Assembly: GCA_963801355.1 (NCBI GenBank)
Contig: CAWDEM010000008.1
Location: 1,600,001-1,664,000, forward strand
Reading direction: 5' to 3'
DNA length: 64,000 bases
DNA from: Ignavibacteriota bacterium
GTDB taxonomy: Bacteria > Bacteroidota > Ignavibacteria > UBA10030 > UBA6906
The notes beneath the pieces were generated by a model that was not told the DNA's origin, did not search any database, and saw only the letters and a program-made list of their open reading frames with translations. Positions 56,532 through 64,000 of the stretch are shown here, in pieces; the stretch's first letter is position 1; the number at the start of each line of letters is the position of its first letter. The position numbers and the translations under genes are program-made.

Positions 56532-57308
56532 TCATGCCGGATTCCACAATGCCAGAGCTTCGATCAATCCCTCCCCTGTTGCAGTCCCGGCAATGACATG
56601 CACCGGAAATCCGCTCCGCCGTGCTGCATCAGCCGTCGTCCCCCCGATCACAGCGATCACCACGCCTGATTTCACCAGTGAGGTGAGTTCCGGATCAAGG
56701 ATCCCCGCAAAATGTCCGACTGCGGATGGGCTTGCGAATGTGACGATGTCAACGGCGCGTTCGGCCAGAATCGAACGGACGCGCGCTGCAGAGACCTCAT
56801 CCGGACCAACCGTCCGGTACACGGTCACCGGCGTCACCACAGCTCCCGCCAGGCGCAGTGCTTCCATAACCTCGTCGCGTCCGATATCCCCGCGGGGAAG
56901 CAGATACCGCCGTCCCCTCAAGTCCTGTGCGCGGAAATGCGCGGCAAGCCTGGCGCCGCTGTATGTCGAGGGGACGTGGGCCGGCGTCATACCCGCATGC
57001 TCGACATATCGGGCTGTCTTGGGACCGACGGCAAATACCTGCATCCGCCCGGGAAGCGTTCCCCCGGCACCACGCTCAGCGCAACGATTGAGGAAGTACT
57101 TTGCCGCGTTGGAACTCGTGAACACTACTCCCGCAAAGTCGGCCAGCCGGTCGATCTGTGCGTCACACGCATCCCACCCCACCGGCGGCAGTATGCGGAT
57201 CATCGGCACGGTGATCGCAATGCCGCCCCGGGCTTCAATCTGTTCTGCCATTGGACGCGCCTGCGCAGATGGTCGCGTCACGAGGATGCGCACACCACGG
57301 AGGTTCAT
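56532..57308 (-). CDS. hemD: Uroporphyrinogen-III synthase
   Basis: ILVTRP, FTSSNA, AVGPKTA, VYRT, FASPSAV and IGGTTA motifs. Confidence 0.9.
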   Translation of the reverse strand: MNLRGVRILVTRPSAQARPMAEQIEARGGIAITVPMIRILPPVGWDACDAQIDRLADFAGVVFTSSNAAKYFLNRCAERGAGGTLPGRMQVFAVGPKTARYVEHAGMTPAHVPSTYSGARLAAHFRAQDLRGRRYLLPRGDIGRDEVMEALRLAGAVVTPVTVYRTVGPDEVSAARVRSILAERAVDIVTFASPSAVGHFAGILDPELTSLVKSGVVIAVIGGTTADAARRSGFPVHVIAGTATGEGLIEALALWNPA

Positions 57309-57309
57309 A

Positions 57310-58269
57310 TCAGGTAGGGGCCGGGCCTCTGATCTCGTCCAGAATACTCTCTGCTCCCTGCGCAAGCAGGCGGCGTGCCATGGTGGCGCCGAGTCCTTCT
57401 GCTTGTTCCGGTGAACCACTGAGGGAGTCACGAACAACCCGGGTGCCATCGAGCGAGCCAACCAGCGCATCCAGCACCAGCACAGGTTTTCCCTCTGCGT
57501 CAACGCCGATACGGCCGTACGTGCCAATCGGTACCTGACATCCCCCCTCAAGCGCGTGAAGCAGGGCCCGCTCCGCGGTCGTCGCCGCGGCGGTCGGGGC
57601 GTGATGGAGACCTTCTATGTAGCCGAGCACACGCGTGGCATCCGCACGCACTTCAATTCCCAACGCCCCCTGTCCGACGGCAGGAAGGAGCACCAACGGA
57701 TCAATCGTTTCGCCGATCCGGTCGGTCCATCCAAGACGCACCACGCCCGCCCGTGCCAGCACCATCCCCTCCCACTCCGAAGCGGCGAGCTTGGCATACC
57801 GGGTATGAAGATTGCCACGGATCTCCACAATGCGCAGGTCAGGACGTATGTGCAGCAGCTGGCACCTGCGGCGCAGACTTCCCGTGGCTACCGCTCCCCC
57901 GTGAGGGAGATCGGAGAGGGTACGCACTGTGTTCCCCGGCCGCGGGATGAACACATCATGCACATCCTCCCGTTCCGTCACAGCGCCCAGGATCAACCCG
58001 TCCGGCAGCCCGGTGGGCAGGTCCTTCAGACTATGCACGGCAAGATCGATGGCCCCTTCGAGCAATGCATGCTCGATTTCCCTCGTAAACAATCCCTTGT
58101 CGCCTAAGCTCGACAGTGGTGCATCCATCACCCTGTCGCCCTTCGTCTTGATGACCTTGACCTCAATTCTGAGATCCCCGTGCAGCGCGTGCAGGCGGTC
58201 GCGCACCCAATGGGCCTGCCAGAGGGCGAGTTCGCTTCCCCGGCTGCCGATGCGCACCAGATCACTCAT
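57310..58269 (-). CDS. hemC: Hydroxymethylbilane synthase
   Basis: IGSRGSELALWQ, KGLFTREIE, AVHSLKD, SLRR and LEGGCQVPIG motifs. Confidence 0.96.
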   Translation of the reverse strand: MSDLVRIGSRGSELALWQAHWVRDRLHALHGDLRIEVKVIKTKGDRVMDAPLSSLGDKGLFTREIEHALLEGAIDLAVHSLKDLPTGLPDGLILGAVTEREDVHDVFIPRPGNTVRTLSDLPHGGAVATGSLRRRCQLLHIRPDLRIVEIRGNLHTRYAKLAASEWEGMVLARAGVVRLGWTDRIGETIDPLVLLPAVGQGALGIEVRADATRVLGYIEGLHHAPTAAATTAERALLHALEGGCQVPIGTYGRIGVDAEGKPVLVLDALVGSLDGTRVVRDSLSGSPEQAEGLGATMARRLLAQGAESILDEIRGPAPT

Positions 58270-59545
58270 CGTGACTGCCCTTTACGCTGATACCGAACAG
58301 TTCCCGCAGCACCTTGATGCGTGCCATCGTCTCCGGCCCCCCGCTCCCGTTTTCCGAACCTTCTTTCAGGACACGGAGCGGCTGATGCAGCAGCTTGTTG
58401 ACGATGCGCCGGGTCACGAGGTCAACCAGCTCGCGATCCTCAGGGTGGAATCGATTGATATTCTTTTCGACTTCCTGCTGACGGACCTGCTCGAAGGCGC
58501 TGTTCAGATCCTGAATTGTCGGGGCAACCTCCAGTGACCTGTGCCAGCGAAAGAAGTCCACCAGTTCCTGACGGATGATTGTCGTGACCCGCGGTATCTC
58601 CGCGGTGCGCTTGTCCAGGTTCCGGTCGACGATCGTCGTGAGCGCATCAATATCGTACAGGAAGACATTTTCGATTTTGCGTGTGGCGGGGTTGACGTTA
58701 CGCGGCACTCCGATATCAATGATAAACAGAGGTGTGTTCCCCCGGCGGCGCATCACCGTGTGGATCTCCTCGGGTCCCAGGATGTAGGCCTCACTGTTGA
58801 CCGACGTGACGACAATATCGACGGTGTGCAACGCGTCGTTGATTTGTTCGTAGTCGATCACGGTTCCGCCCAGTTCCGCGACGAGCGCCTCCGCTTTCGC
58901 CCGTGTGCGGTTCGCGACCTTGATGTGATTGACCCCTTTGCCCACGAGGTGTTTGAGCGTCAGTTCACCTGTCTCCCCCGCGCCGATCAGCAGAGCGGAT
59001 TTTCGCGAGACGTCGGCGAAAATCTTGCTCGCCAGTTCCACCGCGGCGTAACTCACCGATACCGCCCCTTCACAGAGCGACGTTTCGGTGCGGACGCGTT
59101 TTCCGACGTGCAGTGTGGCCTGCATGAGCCGATTGAGGATCGGTCCGAGGGTGTGCTGCTCGCCGGCCGACTGGAACGCTTCCTTCACCTGATTGAGGAT
59201 CTGAATGTCACCGATCACCATCGAATCGATACCAGCGGCGACCTTGAACAGATGGTGGACAGCCGCGCCGGCACGCTTGGTGAAGAAATGCTCCGGCCGG
59301 ACCTCGCCGGCGGCATTCTTGGTGTCGAGCAGGATGCGCAGAACGCCGTCTTCATCGTCAGCCGGATCACGCAACACACCGTACACCTCCGTGCGGTTGC
59401 ACGTCGACACAAGCAGGCACTCGCTGAAGCAACGTTCCTTCAACGCCGAGAGCACGTCGTGCGTTTCGTCAACGGACAGACACATCCGTTCGCGCACGTC
59501 CACCGATGCAGTGTGATGACTGATGCCGACAGAAAGGAGATTCAT
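58262..59545 (-). CDS. hemA: Glutamyl-tRNA reductase
   Basis: STCNRTEVY, HLFKVAAGIDSMVIGD.QI, LIGAGE and DIGVPR motifs. Confidence 0.96.
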   Translation of the reverse strand: MNLLSVGISHHTASVDVRERMCLSVDETHDVLSALKERCFSECLLVSTCNRTEVYGVLRDPADDEDGVLRILLDTKNAAGEVRPEHFFTKRAGAAVHHLFKVAAGIDSMVIGDIQILNQVKEAFQSAGEQHTLGPILNRLMQATLHVGKRVRTETSLCEGAVSVSYAAVELASKIFADVSRKSALLIGAGETGELTLKHLVGKGVNHIKVANRTRAKAEALVAELGGTVIDYEQINDALHTVDIVVTSVNSEAYILGPEEIHTVMRRRGNTPLFIIDIGVPRNVNPATRKIENVFLYDIDALTTIVDRNLDKRTAEIPRVTTIIRQELVDFFRWHRSLEVAPTIQDLNSAFEQVRQQEVEKNINRFHPEDRELVDLVTRRIVNKLLHQPLRVLKEGSENGSGGPETMARIKVLRELFGISVKGSHDE

Positions 59546-59563
59546 CCTGGCCGCACGACCATT

Positions 59564-60394
59564 CTAATGAAACGTGTGAAAAGTAGTGAGGTACATATTC
59601 ACCACCATCATGGAAAAGAACACAAAGACGAAACCGACAAGAGATATGATCATGGTTTTCCGCCCCTGCCATCCAAACCTGCGCTTTGCCGTCAGTCCGA
59701 TCGCATACAGCACCCAGATGGCCATTGTCGCTACGAGCTTTGGATCAAGGTATGAAAACTCCCGGAACACACGCGGCAACCAGAACAGCCCGACCATGAT
59801 GGCGACCGTAAGGGTTGCGAACCCGAAGATTTCCGCCTTGTGGCTCATCGTTTCAAGCGTCTCCAGATTCGGCAGACGGCTGTACACGACGCCGAATTTG
59901 CTCGAACGGATCTCATGATAGAGCATCAGGTACAGCAATCCGTACACCGCCGCCAGCGAAATGCCGGTATACCCCAGCAGGGCGGCGGAGACGTGGAATC
60001 CAAGGAGAAGACTGTGCAGGTACTCCGGAATGACCGTGAGGTCCTTGATAAAAAGCGACGACAGCGTCTGGAACAGGAATGCAAGTGTGAGTATGAAAAA
60101 CCCCGTATTGCGGATATTTGTCCGGAACTCCAGATACAGATAGGCGGTTGTCATCGCCGCCGAAAGCAGCGTCATGATCTCGAAGACGCTCGTGATCGGG
60201 GGGTGATCGAATGCCGCCGTGCGCAGGCCGAGGTAAGCCAGATGCAACAGGAGCACGCCGATGATGTACGGCCGCTTGAGCCGCTCAAGACCGGGGGCAT
60301 TCCGGAAAAAGGTGATCCCGTAAACCGCGACAAGGCCTGCATAGAGGAGCGGAAGCGCGAGAACGAGGCTATCAACGAGGATTTTCGTCGCCAT
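59564..60394 (-). CDS. CcsA/HemX-family membrane protein
   Basis: Multiple TM segments; FHVS, RLPNLETLE, DPKLV and WVLY motifs; first gene of the hem operon. Confidence 0.82.
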   Translation of the reverse strand: MATKILVDSLVLALPLLYAGLVAVYGITFFRNAPGLERLKRPYIIGVLLLHLAYLGLRTAAFDHPPITSVFEIMTLLSAAMTTAYLYLEFRTNIRNTGFFILTLAFLFQTLSSLFIKDLTVIPEYLHSLLLGFHVSAALLGYTGISLAAVYGLLYLMLYHEIRSSKFGVVYSRLPNLETLETMSHKAEIFGFATLTVAIMVGLFWLPRVFREFSYLDPKLVATMAIWVLYAIGLTAKRRFGWQGRKTMIISLVGFVFVFFSMMVVNMYLTTFHTFH

Positions 60395-60402
60395 AGACAC
60401 TT

Positions 60403-60431
60403 AATATACATATCTTCGATATGAAATGGAA
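60403..60431 (-). promoter_or_regulatory. Putative hem operon promoter with CATATC-N3-GATATG palindrome
   Basis: TTCCAT (60431-60426), a 17-bp spacer, then TATATT (60408-60403). The palindrome at 60409-60423 lies in the spacer. Confidence 0.5.
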
Positions 60432-60438
60432 CCGCCGC

Positions 60439-62331
60439 TTATTCCTCGAGCGTACCAAGATCTTTGGGTTCCTGGCCCAACGCCCGGGCGCGCAGCACAC
60501 GGCGCATAATCTTCCCGCTTCGTGTCTTGGGAAGACTGTCGACGAACGTGATGCTGTCGGGTTTCGCGATGGGACCCATTTCATGGGCGACGTGGGCCCG
60601 CAGTTCCTCGACAAGCTTCTCGCTACCCTGAAAGCCTGCCCTGAGTATGACGTAGGTGTGGATGGCATTTCCCTTCACATCGTGCGGCAATCCGATCGCC
60701 GCAGCCTCGGCAACGGCCGGATGGCTGACGAGGGCGCTCTCAATCTCCGCCGTCCCCAGACGGTATCCCGATACCTTGAGCACATCATCCACCCGACCGA
60801 TGACCCAGTAGTATCCGTCCTCGTCCTTCCGCGCGGAATCGCCGGTCATGTACAGCCCCGGGTACTTACTCCAGTACTGCTTCACATAACGATCCGGGTC
60901 GTTGTAGATCGTCCGCATCATCGCCGGCCAGGGTTTCTTGATCACCAAGTACCCCTCTTCGTTGACCCCCACCGGTTTCCCGTTTTCGTCGACAATGTCC
61001 ATTTCCACGCCGGGGAAGGGTTTTCCCCCCGATCCGGGCTTGAGTGGAACAGAAGGCATGGGTGTGATCATGAACATACCCGTCTCGGTCTGCCACCAGG
61101 TATCCATGATCGGACACCGGCCTTTGCCGATCACCCTGTGGTACCATCTCCATGCCTCGGGGTTGATCGGCTCGCCGACGGATCCCAGCAAGCGAAGAGA
61201 CGACAGGTCATGCCTGGCGGGCCATGCCTCGCCGAAACGCATTAACCCCCGGATGGCCGTCGGAGCAGTGTAAAGTATATTGATGCCGTACTTTTCAACC
61301 ATCTGCCACCAGCGGTTGGGATACGGATAGGTCGGCGGACCCTCGTACATGAATGATGTGGCCCCGTTGAGAAGCGGCCCGTAGACGATATAGCTGTGAC
61401 CGGTGATCCACCCGGGATCCGCGGCGCACCAGTACCGGTCCTCTTCATGGATGTCGAAAACGTACTTCAACGTGGTGTACGTACCCACCATGTAGCCGCC
61501 ATGAGTGTGCACGATGGCTTTGGGTTTTCCAGTGGTACCCGATGTGTAGAGGATGAACAGCGGATCTTCCGCATCCATTTCTTCGATCTGGCACGCGCTG
61601 CCGGCGATCGGCAAGACCATCAGCTCGTGGTACCACATGTCACGGCCCGATTCCATGTTCACCGGTTCGCCGGTGTGTTTCACGACCAGCACGCTCTGCA
61701 CGGTCGCCGCCCGCTGCAGAGCCTCGTCGGCAATGGCTTTGAGCGGAACGATCTTCCCGCGCTGGTATCCGCCGTCGGCGACAATGAGTACCTTTGACTG
61801 ACTGTCCTCCAGACGTTCATGCAGCGCCTCCACAGTGAATCCGCCGTACACAACGGAATGGATTGCCCCAAGACGCGCGCACGCAAGCATGCCGATGACC
61901 AGCTCCGGGATCCGTCCCATGTACAGCGTGACCCGGTCCCCCTTCTGGACGCCAAGACTGCGGAGGACGTTTGCAAACCGGCACGTCTCGCGACGCAGCG
62001 CGAAATACGAAAACGATCGGAACTCCCCCTTCTCACCTTCCCACATGAGCGCCAGCTTGTTGCGCCGCGAAGTCTCTGCGTGCCGGTCCAGACAATTGTA
62101 CACGATGTTGGTTTTCCCCCCGACAAACCATTTGTAGAACGGTTTGTCCCGCTCGTCCAGCACACGATCCCAGTGGGAGAACCAGTGCAGTTCATTGGCC
62201 TCCGCGGCCCAGAACCCCTCGAGATCACGTTGCGCCCTCCCGGCAAGCTCGTCCCAATCGCGCACCGTCGCCCGGCGGAGTGTCTCGTCGGACGGTGGAT
62301 AGAGTTCAGCGGACAGCGGTTTGTCTGGCAT
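60439..62331 (-). CDS. acs: Acetyl-CoA synthetase
   Basis: [47 protein letters not shown] and [11 protein letters not shown] motifs. Confidence 0.95.
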   Translation of the reverse strand: MPDKPLSAELYPPSDETLRRATVRDWDELAGRAQRDLEGFWAAEANELHWFSHWDRVLDERDKPFYKWFVGGKTNIVYNCLDRHAETSRRNKLALMWEGEKGEFRSFSYFALRRETCRFANVLRSLGVQKGDRVTLYMGRIPELVIGMLACARLGAIHSVVYGGFTVEALHERLEDSQSKVLIVADGGYQRGKIVPLKAIADEALQRAATVQSVLVVKHTGEPVNMESGRDMWYHELMVLPIAGSACQIEEMDAEDPLFILYTSGTTGKPKAIVHTHGGYMVGTYTTLKYVFDIHEEDRYWCAADPGWITGHSYIVYGPLLNGATSFMYEGPPTYPYPNRWWQMVEKYGINILYTAPTAIRGLMRFGEAWPARHDLSSLRLLGSVGEPINPEAWRWYHRVIGKGRCPIMDTWWQTETGMFMITPMPSVPLKPGSGGKPFPGVEMDIVDENGKPVGVNEEGYLVIKKPWPAMMRTIYNDPDRYVKQYWSKYPGLYMTGDSARKDEDGYYWVIGRVDDVLKVSGYRLGTAEIESALVSHPAVAEAAAIGLPHDVKGNAIHTYVILRAGFQGSEKLVEELRAHVAHEMGPIAKPDSITFVDSLPKTRSGKIMRRVLRARALGQEPKDLGTLEE

Positions 62332-62372
62332 GTGTGGCTCCGCAATGATGAGATGGGGTCTGGAAACCTACG

Positions 62373-64000
62373 CTACATTAACAGAGAAAAACTCTCTGTC
62401 GTTCCTGTTACCCGCACCATGGGCTCGACACTGGCGTGATCTGCCTCAACCTCCAGCACCGCCTGAAAAAAGCGTTGTTGCATTCCGGGGGGAAGGGTGA
62501 ACGCCGCCTCCAGAATTGGCTTCCAGTCTTCCGATCGGCCGCTGCCGAGATTCACGATCTGCTCAATCATGTGCTCCTCGGCAAGCGGCGACAACGCAGC
62601 CAGAATGGATTCCGCGATCTTCTTTTCCCTTGTCAGAAGACGCTCCAAAGCCTTCACATCGATGCGCTTCGCCGATGTGGCATGACGGCCATGGTCAGCA
62701 TTACTCCGCGCCGATCGCTGTGACGCCGGCTCGGTACCCATGCGCTGTTGCACTCTATCGTCCAGCACAGATGCGGTAACCCGCCATGTCGTCGTCTTGC
62801 CCAATTTGAGCACAAACTCAAGCAGGGCGCGGAGCCTGAACTCCACACGCCGCAGGAGATCCTTTTTGCCGAGAACCGCCGTACCGAATTCGGCTGAGAG
62901 AACTACTCCCCCGAGGCGAAGCCGGTTGACGATCTGCTCATGCACGCATCGCAGCCGCAGGGACTCGGCTTTGTTCAGAAGGAGCAGCCCGTTTTTGCTG
63001 ACACTGAATCTATCCGGATTGAGCTCGCTCAGGAAAAAGCGGAGACCCGAATGATCCACGGCAAACATCGTTGCGCTCTGGTCCATGCCCCGTTCATCGA
63101 TGACGAACGGTTGCCGACTCGGTGAATCGCTCAACGGTATGAGGGAGACCGCGTGTAGATAGGCGTCCTGATCCTCGAACGGATACTGTTTCCGATGGAC
63201 CTCCGGCGCGGGCGCCGATGGTATGGTAATCCGTGGAACGGTCGGTGGCGGCATAGCCGCGGGCGGCATGGCTGAGGGCGGCATAGCCGCAGGCGGCACA
63301 GCCGCGGGCGGCATGGCTGAGGGCGGCATGGCTGCGGGCGGCACAGCCGCGGGCGGCATGGCTGCGGGCGGCATGGCTGAGGGCGGCATAGCCGCAGGCG
63401 GCACAGCCGCGGGCGGCATGGCTGCGGGCGGCATGGCTGCTCGCGGTACGCCCGGAGGAGAAGGCACTGCTGCTTGTGGCACAGCCGGAGGAGAAGGCAC
63501 CGTCGCTCTTGGCACAGCTGGGGCCGCAGGCACTGTCGCTTGTGGCACAGGCGCAGGAGAAGGGACAGCCACTCGGGGCACAGCCGCAGGCGGCATGGCC
63601 GCGGTCGGCATGGCCGCAGGCGGCATGGCCGCGGTCGGCTGACCGCAGGCGGGACTGCCGCAGGCGGGACTGCCGCGGGCGGGACTGCTGTGCGTGACAC
63701 AGTTGGGGCCGGCATTGCCGGGGCCGGCATTGCCAGGGTTGGCGTAGCCCGGAGTGGCGTAGCCGCGGGAGGTGTGCCCGCGGGAGGTGTGCCCGCGGGA
63801 GGTGTGTCGCGGGAGGTGCAGTTGACGGAGGTGTAGTTGACGGAGCTGACGGCTTCGTCGCCGCAAGTGGCGATCCCGCGGGAGACGAAGCCACATGAGG
63901 CGCAGCGCCTCCCGGCAAGACCGCTGGAGGTTGAACAGCCAGCCCGATCTGGCTGGTAATCGGGGGCTCTCCCACGACAGGAATCTCAGGCAGGGCTTCG
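62373..64000 (-). CDS. Pro/Ala-repeat protein with C-terminal GvpL/GvpF-like domain; starts beyond the window and has two apparent frameshifts
   Basis: C-terminal ~270 aa include AYLHAV, HEQIV...VLSAEFGT, ILEAAFTL and RVTG...SF. The repeat reading frame stays open to 64000 if single bases are restored at ~63640 and ~63808. Confidence 0.55.
   Translation of the reverse strand, partial: KPCLRFLSWESPRLPARSGWLFNLQRSCREALRLMWLRLPRDRHLRRRSRQLRQLHLRQLHLPRHTSRGHTSRGHTSRGYATPGYANPGNAGPGNAGPNCVTHSSPARGSPACGSPACGQPTAAMPPAAMPTAAMPPAAVPRVAVPSPAPVPQATVPAAPAVPRATVPSPPAVPQAAVPSPPGVPRAAMPPAAMPPAAVPPAAMPPSAMPPAAMPPAAVPPAAMPPSAMPPAAVPPAAMPPSAMPPAAMPPPTVPRITIPSAPAPEVHRKQYPFEDQDAYLHAVSLIPLSDSPSRQPFVIDERGMDQSATMFAVDHSGLRFFLSELNPDRFSVSKNGLLLLNKAESLRLRCVHEQIVNRLRLGGVVLSAEFGTAVLGKKDLLRRVEFRLRALLEFVLKLGKTTTWRVTASVLDDRVQQRMGTEPASQRSARSNADHGRHATSAKRIDVKALERLLTREKKIAESILAALSPLAEEHMIEQIVNLGSGRSEDWKPILEAAFTLPPGMQQRFFQAVLEVEADHASVEPMVRVTGTTESFSLLM
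63244..63850. repeat. 15-bp-unit coding minisatellite (PPAAM/PPAAV/PPSAM/PPAGT pentapeptides)
   Basis: Many GGCGGCATGGCTGCG-like units, plus GGGAGGTGTGCCCGC and GGCGGGACTGCCGCA variants. Confidence 0.92.

Noticed and set aside
63244-63850. Possible CRISPR array or non-coding repeat
   Set aside because: The 15-bp units are contiguous without unique spacers and keep codon phase, so this is a coding minisatellite.

Overview
This is a gene-dense, GC-rich bacterial window. T9SS C-terminal sorting domains, Shine-Dalgarno RBSs and canonical sigma70-like promoters suggest an Ignavibacteria-like member of the Bacteroidota/Chlorobi group (inference). Positions 1-22060 hold one minus-strand alginate/uronate utilisation locus: a GntR regulator, DEH-reductase-like SDR, PL17, kdgF, MFS transporter, kduD, eda, PL5, a TonB-dependent receptor with no SusD partner, a CTD-bearing 737-aa protein, PorV-like and FadL-like barrels, T9SS cargo including PL6, DUF4861, kduI and kdgK. 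Next come tex, a pfk / frameshifted heparinase II/III-like / URO-D-family / HAD / rhaM cluster, DUF3160, a REC-PPDK_N fusion, an M64 peptidase, an esterase and rhaA. A NikR-led TBDR-ECF-methyltransferase operon carries a visible operator. It is followed by a DUF3857 transglutaminase-like lipoprotein, a nine-gene heme operon, acs, and a Pro/Ala-repeat protein with a GvpL/GvpF-like C-terminus that runs off the window end. No rRNA, tRNA, CRISPR array or IS element was recognised. All family calls come from motif recognition by eye, not from database searches.
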